Positions 18,378 through 29,047 of a DNA stretch of 53,710 bases are shown in pieces. The notes beneath the pieces are model-generated. The model had not been told where the DNA came from. It worked only from the letters and a program-made list of their open reading frames with translations, and searched no databases. Both the position numbers and the translations under genes were made by a program. Within the stretch, counting starts at the first letter, position 1. Every line of letters begins with the position of its first letter. The DNA lies in NCBI GenBank assembly GCA_945837185.1, contig CAMAMZ010000001.1, positions 1 to 53,710 of the forward strand, read 5' to 3'. Source of the DNA: an uncultured Bacteroidales bacterium. Its GTDB lineage: Bacteria; Bacteroidota; Bacteroidia; Bacteroidales; Bacteroidaceae.

Positions 18378-19649
18378 TTATGCTATGGTCATTTCATCAG
18401 ATGCAGACAGTTGCGTGGCCCCATTACGTTGCTTGGCAGAACGGCTGATACTGAGGATTACACCGATATAGATGCAATTGATAATAGTGGATGTTCCTCC
18501 CTTACTGATAAGGGGAAGGGGTTGTCCTGTTACTGGTGCGATGCCCACAGCTACAGACATGTTGAACAAAGCCTGCGATACGAGCAGAATGGCCAAGCCC
18601 ATGACCAGCAACGCGGGAAAATTGTTCTCACAGCGAAGGGCTATTCTACCTGCTCTGAACAACAGGAAGATATAGAGGAGCGCTACAAAGGAGCCGCCTG
18701 CTATGCCCATCTCTTCGATAATGATGGCATAGATGAAATCGGAGAATGCTTGCGACAAGAAGTCTCGTTCCACAGAGTTTCCCGGTCCTTTGCCCACAAT
18801 GTTACAACTCGCTATGGCAATGCTGGCATGTGCCTTTTGCGCTCCTTTTTCGACGAGGTCTACCTTTTCAGGAGCAACATCGGTGTCACTGTCATGACTT
18901 TCCAATCGTGATCGCCATGTGTCAACGCGATGGAACACCTTCTCTATCAGATTGGGCTTTTCCTTCTTTACTGTCAGTTGCTCGGTCAACTGTTGGTTGG
19001 GTGTTTGCGGTGTGGATTTGCCGAGGTTCATGATAAGAAGATAGCCTGCCACAAGCATGAGTGCAGTGACGCCCAGCAGTGGACCAATCTGTTTCCAAGG
19101 GACACGTCCGATAAACATCATGATGATAATCACCACATACAGCAGTGCTGCGGTGGAGAAGTTCTCGACCATAATGAGCGGGATGATGACGACACACAAC
19201 CAGAGAATATATTTGAACGCGTTCTTATCGGTGCCATCAGGAGTTTGCATGGCACTGAGAATCTGTGCTGTGGCCAATACCAACGTTCCTTTGGCAATTT
19301 CAGAGGGCTGGAATTGGATGCCCAAAATGCTTACCCAGCGTTGGGCTCCATTTGTCGTCTGACCAGCAAAGAATACCCATATCAATGTGAAGACAGAGAA
19401 GATGAGTAAAAAGGGTGTGGCAATCTTGAAATATTTGCACTTGATATTGAGCGTGATAATGATACAGAAGATACCGAGCACCAAAAGGAGAATATGCTTG
19501 AAGATGGGCATGAAATAGCTGCCTTTTTCGTAACTCAACTGGGAAGAGGCGGAGAATACTTCTATCACACTGATGATACAGAGGAAGAAGAAAATCATCC
19601 AAACTACTTTGTCTCCTTTGAAGAGATTTCCTATTGTCTTGTTTTGCAT
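18378..19649 (-). CDS. ftsW: SEDS peptidoglycan polymerase FtsW
   Basis: GAQRW, FQPSEIAK, SDFIYAII and GQPLPLISKGGTS; multi-TM. Confidence 0.96.
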   Translation of the reverse strand: MQNKTIGNLFKGDKVVWMIFFFLCIISVIEVFSASSQLSYEKGSYFMPIFKHILLLVLGIFCIIITLNIKCKYFKIATPFLLIFSVFTLIWVFFAGQTTNGAQRWVSILGIQFQPSEIAKGTLVLATAQILSAMQTPDGTDKNAFKYILWLCVVIIPLIMVENFSTAALLYVVIIIMMFIGRVPWKQIGPLLGVTALMLVAGYLLIMNLGKSTPQTPNQQLTEQLTVKKEKPNLIEKVFHRVDTWRSRLESHDSDTDVAPEKVDLVEKGAQKAHASIAIASCNIVGKGPGNSVERDFLSQAFSDFIYAIIIEEMGIAGGSFVALLYIFLLFRAGRIALRCENNFPALLVMGLAILLVSQALFNMSVAVGIAPVTGQPLPLISKGGTSTIINCIYIGVILSISRSAKQRNGATQLSASDEMTIA

Positions 19650-20983
19650 CTGCCAAATTCTTTAACGGTTTCCTTAAACTGTTCGCCCCTGTCTTCCATA
19701 TTCTTGAATAAGTCGAAACTTGCGCAACAAGGACTAAGGAGTACCGTGTCGCCTTCTTCAGCCAGTTGCCGACAGGCTTCCATACATGCTCTCATGCTGT
19801 GGGTGTCGCGTGTAGGAATACCTAAAGCATCGAAGTTATCATGCAATTTCTGGTTGTCAGCACCAAGGAATACGATGGCTTTACATTTCTTTTGCACTAA
19901 TGGGAAAAGTGGTTTGTAGTCGTTGCCTTTATCCTTGCCTCCTATAATCAGGATTGTGGGACGTGTCATGCTCTCCAGTGCATACCAGCATGCGTCGACA
20001 TTGGTGGCTTTGGAATCGTTGATATAGGTAACACCATCCACTGTGCCGGCATACTCCAGTCTGTGCTCAACACCGGGGAAATTGCTTAGGCTCTTTGCGA
20101 GCGTCTCGTCTGGAATGCCTGCAATATGGGCTGCCAAGCCTGCTGCCAGACAGTTGTAGAGATTATGTTTTCCTCGCAGACTCAGTTCTTCGCGTGGCAT
20201 AGAAAAGGGAGTAGGAAGTGCGAGGTGGTAGGTGTCATCCGCTATATAAGCTGCTACGTTTTCAGCATGGTTTTCTGAAAACGGATAACAGGTGGCTCCC
20301 ACTGGTGTATGCGATAGTTCTTGCGCTATCACTGGGTCGTCATTCCAATAGATGAAACTATCAGCCTTGGTTTGGTTGCGTACAATACGCATCTTGGCGG
20401 CAGCATAGTTTTCAAATTTGAAGTCGTAGCGATCCAAGTGGTCGGGCGTAATGTTGAGCAGAATAGCGATGTTCGCGTGGAAGTCGTACATGTCGTCGAG
20501 CTGAAAACTGCTTAACTCTATGACGTAATAAGGATGTGGCGTTTCTGCTACCTGAAGCGCCAAACTATGTCCGATATTACCAGCGAGTCCAACGTCATAT
20601 CCGGCAGACTTAAAGATGTGATAGACGAGTGAGGTCGTGGTGGTCTTGCCATTGCTGCCCGTAATGCAAATCATTTTGGCATCTGTATAGCGTGCGGCAA
20701 ACTCAATCTCGCTGATAATGGGAATGGCCTTTTCCCGTAACTTACATACCATGGGAGCCTCTTTAGGAATGCCTGGGCTCTTGATGACCTCATCTGCGCT
20801 GAGTATCAGCGACTCGGTATGTTGCCCCTCTTCCCATACAATATGATGAGAATCCAGCATTTTCTTATAAGTGTCCTTGATAGAGGACATATCTGACACA
20901 AAGACGTCGAAACCTTCCTTCTTTGCCAATATCGCTGCGCCAACACCACTTTCCGCTGCGCCTAAAACTACGATTCTTTTCAT
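19631..20983 (-). CDS. murD: UDP-MurNAc-L-Ala--D-glutamate ligase
   Basis: ITGSNGKTTT, ELSSFQL, NDSKATN and LLSPCCASFD. Confidence 0.98.
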   Translation of the reverse strand: MKRIVVLGAAESGVGAAILAKKEGFDVFVSDMSSIKDTYKKMLDSHHIVWEEGQHTESLILSADEVIKSPGIPKEAPMVCKLREKAIPIISEIEFAARYTDAKMICITGSNGKTTTTSLVYHIFKSAGYDVGLAGNIGHSLALQVAETPHPYYVIELSSFQLDDMYDFHANIAILLNITPDHLDRYDFKFENYAAAKMRIVRNQTKADSFIYWNDDPVIAQELSHTPVGATCYPFSENHAENVAAYIADDTYHLALPTPFSMPREELSLRGKHNLYNCLAAGLAAHIAGIPDETLAKSLSNFPGVEHRLEYAGTVDGVTYINDSKATNVDACWYALESMTRPTILIIGGKDKGNDYKPLFPLVQKKCKAIVFLGADNQKLHDNFDALGIPTRDTHSMRACMEACRQLAEEGDTVLLSPCCASFDLFKNMEDRGEQFKETVKEFGRCKTRQ

Positions 20984-21082
20984 ACCTTGTTCTGTTTACA
21001 CCTTATTTATATATATAAAGGAGGCAGATAGTGCTTTCCTATCATGCTATGCCCAATTTTTTCTTCTTTTCGGATGAAATGT

Positions 21083-22351
21083 TTACCTTATCTTCAATGT
21101 TATGATTGTGAATACTGCCAAGATGATGGTTATTATCCAGAAGCGAATGGTAATCTTCGATTCATGGACAGGAGTGTGGGGCGTTTTGATGATGTAGGTA
21201 CATTCTGGGTCCAACTGACTGTCTTGGGTCCTAAAGTTGTCATGGATGGGTGTGCGCTTAAAGATGCGCTGTTTTACTCCATGTGCTTTACCCCGTTTGT
21301 AATACCAAACCTGCATGATGACACTTAAACTTTCTATGAAGAAGATACCACAGAGAATGGGCAACATCAATTCCTTGTGAATGATGATGGCAGCCACAGC
21401 TATGATACCTCCAATGGTCAGTGAACCTGTATCGCCCATAAAAACCTGTGCAGGAAAGGCATTGTACCAAAGGAAACCTATGAGTGCTCCCACAAATGCA
21501 CAGATGAACACTACCAGTTCTTCCGATTCAGGAATATACATGATGTTCAGGTAAGAGGCGAATTCGATATGTGAGCTCACATAGGCCAGAATGCCCAGTG
21601 CCACGCCTATTATCGCGGAATTGCCTGCACACATACCGTCCATACCGTCGTTGAGATTCGCTCCGTTACTTACTGCCGTTACCACCAGAATGGTCATGAT
21701 GACAAACAATATCCATCCGGCTGCGGTCTTGTATTGGCCACAGAACGACATGATGTTGGAGTAATCGAGATTGTGTCCTTTGACAAACGGAATGGTCGTC
21801 TTCAACGATTTGCAGGCTTGAGTTTTGTGTTTGACAACAGTCTCCTGTCCTTGGCGTTCTATAGACAGATTCTCATTCATCCTGACGTCTGGCGAAGCCC
21901 ATAAAACCAAGCCAACAATGAGTCCGATGCCTATCTGACCAACAATCTTGTATTTCCCTTTCAAGCCATCTTTGTTATGACGGAAAATCTTGATGTAGTC
22001 GTCCATACCACCGAGGAAGCCCAACCAAACAGTGGTGATAATCATCAGGATGAGGTAAATGTTGCGTAAACGCCCCAATAAAAGTACCGGAATCAGAATA
22101 GAGACGATAATGATGATGCCGCCCATAGATGGCACACCTATTTTCTTGACACCAAAGGGGTCAATGCTTGCATCTCGTTGGGTTTCTGTAATCTGTTTCC
22201 GCTTGAGGAACTTGATAAAACGTTCGCCGAACCATGCTGAGATGATGAGCGACAATATCAGTGCTAACAAGGCGCGAAAGGAGATATAGCCCCAAACGTG
22301 CGAGCCGCTGATACCAAATTGTTCCAGAAATCTGAATAAATAGTATAACAT
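21083..22351 (-). CDS. mraY: Phospho-N-acetylmuramoyl-pentapeptide transferase
   Basis: PSMGG, DDYIK, NLNDGMDG and FMGDTGSL. Confidence 0.98.
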   Translation of the reverse strand: MLYYLFRFLEQFGISGSHVWGYISFRALLALILSLIISAWFGERFIKFLKRKQITETQRDASIDPFGVKKIGVPSMGGIIIIVSILIPVLLLGRLRNIYLILMIITTVWLGFLGGMDDYIKIFRHNKDGLKGKYKIVGQIGIGLIVGLVLWASPDVRMNENLSIERQGQETVVKHKTQACKSLKTTIPFVKGHNLDYSNIMSFCGQYKTAAGWILFVIMTILVVTAVSNGANLNDGMDGMCAGNSAIIGVALGILAYVSSHIEFASYLNIMYIPESEELVVFICAFVGALIGFLWYNAFPAQVFMGDTGSLTIGGIIAVAAIIIHKELMLPILCGIFFIESLSVIMQVWYYKRGKAHGVKQRIFKRTPIHDNFRTQDSQLDPECTYIIKTPHTPVHESKITIRFWIITIILAVFTIITLKIR

Positions 22352-22369
22352 GGCAAATAGTCCCGTTGA

Positions 22370-23830
22370 TTACTGATTTGCAAAAATATCTCGTACCACT
22401 TCTTTGTCGTCAAAGTGATGTTTTACGCCTTTGATTTCCTGATAGTCCTCATGACCTTTGCCCGCTATGAGGATAACATCGCCTTTTTGTGCCATCATAC
22501 ATGCAGCGCGAATGGCCTCTCTACGATCAACGATGCTCACCACTTTCTTCAACTGTTGGGCGGTAAGGCCTGCCAACATGTCGTTGATGATGTCCTGCGG
22601 TTCTTCAAACCTTGGGTTGTCGCTGGTGATGATAACACGGTCGCTTTGCTTCACGGCCTCTTGTGCCATAAGCGGACGTTTTCCTTTGTCTCTGTTGCCA
22701 CCTGCTCCACATACGGTAATGACTTGGCCTTTACCATTCAAAACCTCGTGAATGGCGTTTAGTACATTCTCCAATGCGTCGGGCGTATGTGCGTAATCCA
22801 CAATGGCAGTATAGCCTTGCGGTGAACGGATCGGTTCCAAACGGCCGCTCACACTATGCAAGGTGCTCAACACCAAGAGAATGTCTTGGGCCGATTTGCC
22901 CAGCATGCGTGCTGCTCCATAAACGGCCAATAGGTTGCTGACATTGAACTTGCCAATGAACTGCACGCCAACTTCATGTCCGTCAATCTCTACATACATC
23001 CCTTCGAAATGGCATTCCAAAATGCGCGCTTTGAAGTCTGCTGCCTGTTGGGTTGAATAGGTTCGAATCTGTGCCTTACAGTTCTGCACCATCACCGAGC
23101 CGTTCTTGTCGTCTGCATTAGTGATGGCGAAGGCAGACTTAGGCAGGCCATCGAAGAAGGCTTTCTTGGCATCCCGGTAATTTTCAAAAGTCTTATGATA
23201 GTCGAGGTGATCGCGTGTGAGATTGGTAAAGATACCTCCCGTAAACCGCAATCCGCCTATACGCTTTTGAGCAATGGCATGCGATGAGCACTCCATGAAA
23301 GCATATTCGCAACCGGCCTCTACCATGCGATGTAACAGGTCGTTAAGTTCTATAGGGTCGGGAGTTGTATGGTCAGCGGGAATGGCAGTGTCTTCAATAT
23401 AGTTGCAAACCGTTGAGAGAAGACCACATTTATGTCCCATCTTGCGAAACATATTATATAATAAGGTGGCGATGGTGGTCTTGCCGTTGGTGCCAGTCAC
23501 TCCCACGAGTTTCAGTTTCTTAGAGGGATCGCCATAAAATGCGGTTGCTACTTTTCCCACTGCATCCTCTGTTGAGGCCACTTGAATATAGGTAACTCCC
23601 TCTACAAGCGAAGTGGGGAGTTTTTCGCAGAGAATGGCTTTTGCGCCTTGGCTAATGGCTTTGGATATATATTGATGGCCATCAGTTTGCGTTCCAACCA
23701 TGGCTACGAACAGATGCCCGTCTGCTATCCTGCGGGAATCGATATTAACACCCTTGATGTCCACAGCCTCATTACCGATTACTGATATTGGCTTTATACA
23801 ACCAATCAATGTCTTTAGTTCGCAATTCAT
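22370..23830 (-). CDS. murE: UDP-MurNAc-L-Ala-D-Glu--meso-DAP ligase
   Basis: [28 protein letters not shown] (DAP specificity) and AGKGHE. Confidence 0.98.
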   Translation of the reverse strand: MNCELKTLIGCIKPISVIGNEAVDIKGVNIDSRRIADGHLFVAMVGTQTDGHQYISKAISQGAKAILCEKLPTSLVEGVTYIQVASTEDAVGKVATAFYGDPSKKLKLVGVTGTNGKTTIATLLYNMFRKMGHKCGLLSTVCNYIEDTAIPADHTTPDPIELNDLLHRMVEAGCEYAFMECSSHAIAQKRIGGLRFTGGIFTNLTRDHLDYHKTFENYRDAKKAFFDGLPKSAFAITNADDKNGSVMVQNCKAQIRTYSTQQAADFKARILECHFEGMYVEIDGHEVGVQFIGKFNVSNLLAVYGAARMLGKSAQDILLVLSTLHSVSGRLEPIRSPQGYTAIVDYAHTPDALENVLNAIHEVLNGKGQVITVCGAGGNRDKGKRPLMAQEAVKQSDRVIITSDNPRFEEPQDIINDMLAGLTAQQLKKVVSIVDRREAIRAACMMAQKGDVILIAGKGHEDYQEIKGVKHHFDDKEVVRDIFANQ

Positions 23831-23849
23831 ACGCTTAATCTTTTAAATT

Positions 23850-26012
23850 CTATTTGAGAGTGAGTATGCAACGTGCACCTTTCTTGATTCTTGTTCCTGG
23901 GGCAATGCTTTGGCTAATAACCTTGCCTCGGCCTAAGAGTGTTACTTTCATGCCGCGGCTTTCTAAAAGGAATACAGCATCACGGGCACCCATGCCGAAG
24001 GTGTTGGGCACGAGGTGTTTTGAACTGCTTCGTTCTCGCCTGAGCTGTATGTTGTTTGCATCCTGGCTGGTTGCCTCTCCCCATACAGGATTATTGCCAA
24101 TAAAGGAGCCATTCCAGTCTTTGCGTGGCTTGTAGCCCAAATGGCTGAGCACATAGTCGGCTGCTATGATGTTTCCTTTTTTGACGTCAGGCACTAAGAT
24201 TGATGTGGAATCTTTAGCGTCCTTAGCATCCAATTTTACATCCTGTGCCATAATGCCTTCAGCAATATTATGGAATACAACACCACTCATGCCACCTCCA
24301 GAGGCAGGGAGTCCTGACTTCTGGATACATACGATGCAACTATAACGTGGTGCGTCTGCCGGGAAATAGCCTGCGAAACTGAGCAGATAGTTGGTGACGC
24401 CAGATTTGTAGCCTCCTGCTCCTTGTGAAATCTGGGCCGTACCGGTCTTGCCTGCTACTTTGAAAGAGGTTGAGCCTGCTTTCTTTCCCAATCCCTGACT
24501 TACCACGTGTTCCAACATGGTTTGCATTAGTTTCACGACACGCTCGCTGCATATCTGCTCTTTGCCGGGAACAACCTCTGGAGGAAATTCCATTAAAGTC
24601 TTCCCGTCTTTTACAACCGACTTCACAAAGCGTGGACGCATCATCTTTCCATTATTGGCAATGGCATTGTAGAACGCCAGGGTGGAGATGGGAGGAATCT
24701 GTGTTTCATAACCAATGCTCATCCAAGCCAAAGCGGTGTTGCTCCAGTTGAGCCATTGTCCGCGTTTGTTCTTCTTGGGCATACGGATGCGTGCCGGTGC
24801 ATAACCTTTGAGAGGGATGTGGAAATCGGAGGTCACACCAGAGCGGTATACACCTTCGACAAATTTCTCAGGATTGTTATGATAATATTCGTCTACGATA
24901 CGACTTACGCCGATATTGGAACTGACTTCCAACGAACGTGGCAGACGCATCGGGCCATAACCGCCTCTTCGCCAGTTATGGTCTTTCATCTCACGTCCGT
25001 ACATGGGCCATACACCACCTCCGGTGTCAACCATTTTGGTCGTATCGCAATAGCCATCTTCCAAGACCGTCATGATACTAATGGGCTTGAACACCGAACC
25101 GGGTTCCAGCAGGTCGCTGACAGCGTGGTTCTTTACTTCACGATAAACACCATCAATACATTTCTCCATGTTGACGATGGCTTTGATGTCACCTGTCTGC
25201 ACCTCCATCACAATGGCTACACCTACATTGCCGTTAATGAGTTTCAATTCTTCTATCACAGCACGTTCAGCCAAGTCTTGCATGCTTACATCAATAGTTG
25301 TCACGATGTCAGCGCCATCTGTGGGGGGCGTGTCTATGATGTCCAGATACTTGTTCAGTACTTTGCGACGATGGATAAAGCCATTCTTGCCACGCAAGAT
25401 ACTGTCGTAAGACAACTCCAAACCAAAGCGGGCTGTGTCTTTTGAACCATACATTGTGCCGAGTGTGCGGCTTGCCAAGGAGCCATACGGACGTTGGCGG
25501 GCATTAAATTCCTCAAAATGAAAACCTCCTTTGAAGGCCGACTTGCGGAACACAGGCAATGCCTTCACTTCGGTAAATGTGTTGTAGTCAACACGGCGTT
25601 CCCATACTGGCCAATGTCTTGCTTGCATCGTGCGGCCTTTTTCCAAATGTTCCTTGAAGGCCTCTTGGCTCTTTTCCGGGAAGATGTCAGTAAGACCCAT
25701 ACAGATGGAATCGAGTTTCGCTTCCCAAAGGGAGTCATTCTTGGCATTGCGCAGGGCTTGGAAGTCCATGTAAAGTTTAAACTCCGGCAGTGAACTTGCC
25801 ATAAGTTGTCCGTCGCAACTTAGTATATTGCCCCGAGTAGGCTTAACCGTCACACTGTCTTTCTTCACCCTGTCGGCCACCTGCATCCAATAGTCACGCT
25901 TCACCGTCATCAGGTAAGCGGCTTTGCATATGATGGCCACAGCCATTAGGGTCATCGCAATGGCTATGACAGAATATCTTGGTATGATTTTATCAGAATT
26001 AAACTTACTCAT
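23850..26012 (-). CDS. ftsI: Division penicillin-binding protein with C-terminal PASTA domain
   Basis: EPGSVFK (SxxK), SSN and KTG motifs; position after ftsL. Confidence 0.95.
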   Translation of the reverse strand: MSKFNSDKIIPRYSVIAIAMTLMAVAIICKAAYLMTVKRDYWMQVADRVKKDSVTVKPTRGNILSCDGQLMASSLPEFKLYMDFQALRNAKNDSLWEAKLDSICMGLTDIFPEKSQEAFKEHLEKGRTMQARHWPVWERRVDYNTFTEVKALPVFRKSAFKGGFHFEEFNARQRPYGSLASRTLGTMYGSKDTARFGLELSYDSILRGKNGFIHRRKVLNKYLDIIDTPPTDGADIVTTIDVSMQDLAERAVIEELKLINGNVGVAIVMEVQTGDIKAIVNMEKCIDGVYREVKNHAVSDLLEPGSVFKPISIMTVLEDGYCDTTKMVDTGGGVWPMYGREMKDHNWRRGGYGPMRLPRSLEVSSNIGVSRIVDEYYHNNPEKFVEGVYRSGVTSDFHIPLKGYAPARIRMPKKNKRGQWLNWSNTALAWMSIGYETQIPPISTLAFYNAIANNGKMMRPRFVKSVVKDGKTLMEFPPEVVPGKEQICSERVVKLMQTMLEHVVSQGLGKKAGSTSFKVAGKTGTAQISQGAGGYKSGVTNYLLSFAGYFPADAPRYSCIVCIQKSGLPASGGGMSGVVFHNIAEGIMAQDVKLDAKDAKDSTSILVPDVKKGNIIAADYVLSHLGYKPRKDWNGSFIGNNPVWGEATSQDANNIQLRRERSSSKHLVPNTFGMGARDAVFLLESRGMKVTLLGRGKVISQSIAPGTRIKKGARCILTLK

Positions 26013-26484
26013 TTTCAGGGACGTTTATGATGAATGGAGGTTGATTGGCAATATGCAGCGTGCTGTCTTGTGTGGTTTGCAGCAACTGCAGAACATTGCT
26101 TTCCCTACTCTTCTCCGTGAGTTGGCTACTGCTGGAAAGGGCCTTGTATTTGGCATCCTGGAGTTCTTTTTTCAACTTGTCTATCTCGATGAGATTCTTT
26201 TGACAGCTATAGCGGTTGGAGATATAGACGACACAGAAGAAAGCAATCAGCAACAAAAGCCAAACTTGTCGTCTGATAGTACTCGTGTTGAGTATGTCGC
26301 CACCGAGGATTTTGTTGAAGGTGAGATTCGATGCAAGCGGGCGCTCTTCTTCTGTGGCCTGCTCTTTGATAGCCTCCTGTAGGGTCATGCCGTTGGATGC
26401 GGGTACCTGACTGGCATCCTTCTTCTTCTCCTCCTTAGGTTCAGTGGTGATGGTAGGTTCCTTTATGTCTGTTTCTGTACTCAT
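26005..26484 (-). CDS. ftsL: FtsL-like cell division protein
   Basis: Single TM, YISNRY and a coiled coil; lies between rsmH and ftsI. Confidence 0.85.
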   Translation of the reverse strand: MSTETDIKEPTITTEPKEEKKKDASQVPASNGMTLQEAIKEQATEEERPLASNLTFNKILGGDILNTSTIRRQVWLLLLIAFFCVVYISNRYSCQKNLIEIDKLKKELQDAKYKALSSSSQLTEKSRESNVLQLLQTTQDSTLHIANQPPFIINVPENE

Positions 26485-26488
26485 GATG

Positions 26489-27403
26489 CTATTTCTTTTC
26501 AGCGATTCTTAATTTAGCACTGCGGCTGCGGGGATTGGTTTCCTGTTCTTCTTTGGAGGGAATGATTACCTTGCTGTTGACAGGTCGTAAAGGAGAGGTG
26601 ATACGTCCGAAAAAGTCTTGTTCTATCTTACCCTCAAGATTCCCGGTTTTGATGATGTTCTTTACGATACGGTCTTCTAACGAGTGGTAGGTAATCACGG
26701 CAAGTCTGCCTCCAGGAGCCAATAGTGCTGCTGCGGCATGGAGCATGTCTTGAAGCGCCTCCATTTCATGGTTCACCTCAATGCGGAGAGCTTGGAAAAG
26801 TCGGGCCATTTCTTTTTTCTCTTTTTCGCGTTTGAAGAGTGGCGTCAAGCATTGTATCAGTTGTTGGGTTGTGGTGATGCGCGACTGTTGACGATATTTC
26901 GCGATGACCGATGCTATTTTCCGAGAGTTTTTAAATTCACCGTACAGATAGAACAGGTTGGCCAGCGCTTCCTCCTCATAGTCGTTGATAATGTCTGCCG
27001 CAGTTTTTTCTGCCCTCTGGTTCATGCGCATGTCCAACGGTGCATCAAAACGAAAAGAGAATCCTCTTGCCTCTTCGTCAAAATGGTGTGAAGAAACACC
27101 CAAGTCGGCAAGCAAACCATCAATCTGTTCCACGTTGTAGTAGCGCATCCAATTTTTCAGATAACGGAAATTAGACCGCACAAACGTGAAGCGGTTGTCT
27201 TCGAAGGCATTGGCTTCGGCATCGGCATCCTGATCGAAACTATACAGGTGGCAGCTATTGTCCATCCTGGATAAAATTTCTCGCGAATGCCCGCCTCCTC
27301 CGAATGTTACATCAACATAGATGCCTTGGGGGTGAATAGCCAATCCGTCAATGCTTTCGCGGAGCAATACGGGAACGTGATAAGTATGGGTTGTTATCGT
27401 CAT
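26489..27403 (-). CDS. rsmH: 16S rRNA m4C1402 methyltransferase
   Basis: HVPVLL, TFGGGGHS, DLGVSS, FQALRIEVN and NPRSRSAKLR. Confidence 0.98.
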   Translation of the reverse strand: MTITTHTYHVPVLLRESIDGLAIHPQGIYVDVTFGGGGHSREILSRMDNSCHLYSFDQDADAEANAFEDNRFTFVRSNFRYLKNWMRYYNVEQIDGLLADLGVSSHHFDEEARGFSFRFDAPLDMRMNQRAEKTAADIINDYEEEALANLFYLYGEFKNSRKIASVIAKYRQQSRITTTQQLIQCLTPLFKREKEKKEMARLFQALRIEVNHEMEALQDMLHAAAALLAPGGRLAVITYHSLEDRIVKNIIKTGNLEGKIEQDFFGRITSPLRPVNSKVIIPSKEEQETNPRSRSAKLRIAEKK

Positions 27404-27424
27404 GATTTCCGTTTAACGTGGATA

Positions 27425-27895
27425 TTATAAACTGGTTGTCTCGTTGTCTTCTTTGTTATCCATGAGTTGGGAGATGGCTTCTCCGAAAGCAGCGGCATCC
27501 ATAAAGGTTTCTTCGCAATGTGCCGCATTCCAGATTTCTATTGTGTCGTCCATGCCAATGAATCGGATGGATTGTTGAATGTCTGCCATCTTCAAATAAC
27601 GTTTTGGAATCAAGAAACGGCCGTTGCTGTCAAGGACTACCATTTCCACGTCTGCAACAAATTGGCGGAAGAGTTGCTGGTGTTGAGGATTCCAACGGTT
27701 CAAACGTTTGCGCAGTAAAACAATCTGTTCGTCCCATACTGCTTCCGGATACAGAACCAGACAGGGTTGGAAGATGTCTTTTCTCATAATAAGGCGCACT
27801 TCGCCAGCATTGGAAAACTGCTTGCGAAAGCACGAAGGGAGGAAGGCTCTTCCCTTGGCATCTGTCTTTGCTTCTATGTTTCCTGCGAACCGCAT
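27425..27895 (-). CDS. mraZ: Transcriptional regulator MraZ
   Basis: Two DxxGR repeats (DAKGRA, DSNGRF); first gene of the dcw cluster. Confidence 0.95.
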   Translation of the reverse strand: MRFAGNIEAKTDAKGRAFLPSCFRKQFSNAGEVRLIMRKDIFQPCLVLYPEAVWDEQIVLLRKRLNRWNPQHQQLFRQFVADVEMVVLDSNGRFLIPKRYLKMADIQQSIRFIGMDDTIEIWNAAHCEETFMDAAAFGEAISQLMDNKEDNETTSL

Positions 27896-27931
27896 GTACT
27901 CCCTATTATTAATAATGTGTCAATTCGATGT

Positions 27932-27985
27932 CAAAGATACATATTTTTCCCCACACTCCACCACTTTTCCCCACATTTTTTTTGA
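27932..27985 (-). promoter_or_regulatory. dcw promoter with MraZ boxes
   Basis: TATCTTTG -7 box (27932-27939) and three GTGG repeats at 10-bp period (CCAC at 27951, 27961, 27971). Confidence 0.85.
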
Positions 27986-28209
27986 AAATACATCAAATAC
28001 TTGATATGTTCCTGCACTTCTTCTAAATTGACCTTCTGCAAAGTGTCATATGTTAGTTCTTGCAAATGGATTCGCTTGTTGAAAGGATGAGGTGTCAATT
28101 TGCCATGCTGTAAGCTAATATTGCCGTATGATAGCATTTTTTAATCGAAAATATCGTGTAATTAAAAAAGATATGTTATTTTTGCAACGAAATTATGTAT
28201 GTCTGACAG

Positions 28210-29037
28210 ATGGAGAAAGTTATAGAGAAGACCATAGATATTGAGAAAATTCTGGAGAGCAAGATGGGAAGTAAGGTAGGTTTGCTTCCTGGCTTTGCCG
28301 TATCATGGTTGAAGCGTATTCTTCATGAAGACGAAGTGAATCGCTTCTTGTGGGAATCTCGACATCTTTCTGGAACAGAATGGCTCACGGAATGTGTGCG
28401 CTATCTGGACATGACACTACAGATTGATGGGATAGAAAACTTGCCTCCCAAAGACGATGGCAGGCTTTATACATTTGTGTCGAACCATCCGCTTGGCGGT
28501 ATCGACGGGGTGGCCTTAGGCTCTGTGATAGGTAATTTTTATGACAGCCGTTTTCGTTATCTGGTAAACGATTTGCTATTGAACCTTCCTGGATTGAAAC
28601 CTCTCTGTATCGGAATCAACAAAACGGGAAAGCAGAGTCGTAACTTTCCTGCTATGGTGGAAGCGGGTTTTCAGAGCAATCATCATATTCTCATGTTTCC
28701 GGCTGGATTATGTTCCCGGAGGATAGAAGGGAAGATTCATGACTTGCCTTGGAAGAAAACATTTGTTTCAAAAAGTGTAGAATACCAGCGGGATGTGGTG
28801 CCTATTCGCTTCGATGGGCAAAACTCCGATCGCTTTTATCGTATTGCCAATCTATGCAAGGCGCTGCATCTGAAGTTTAATGTGGCGATGCTCTTTCTTG
28901 TCGATGAGATGTATCGTAACGTGCATAAAACATTCCGCATCACCATCGGAAAGCCTATCCCTTGGCAAACTTTCGACAAAAGTAAAAGCATGGTGAGTTG
29001 GGCAAAATATGTAGAAGACAAAGTCTACGAATTATAG
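28210..29037 (+). CDS. PlsC-family acyltransferase, probable glycine-lipid O-acyltransferase (GlsA-like)
   Basis: NHPLGGID (HxxxxD) and MFPAG motifs; paired with the GNAT gene; TATTTTTG box at 28177-28184. Confidence 0.85.
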   Translation: MEKVIEKTIDIEKILESKMGSKVGLLPGFAVSWLKRILHEDEVNRFLWESRHLSGTEWLTECVRYLDMTLQIDGIENLPPKDDGRLYTFVSNHPLGGIDGVALGSVIGNFYDSRFRYLVNDLLLNLPGLKPLCIGINKTGKQSRNFPAMVEAGFQSNHHILMFPAGLCSRRIEGKIHDLPWKKTFVSKSVEYQRDVVPIRFDGQNSDRFYRIANLCKALHLKFNVAMLFLVDEMYRNVHKTFRITIGKPIPWQTFDKSKSMVSWAKYVEDKVYEL

Positions 29038-29047
29038 TATACACAAA

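Noticed and set aside
12201-27895. Absence of murF, ddl and murB from the dcw cluster
   Set aside because: This is the usual arrangement in Bacteroidales.
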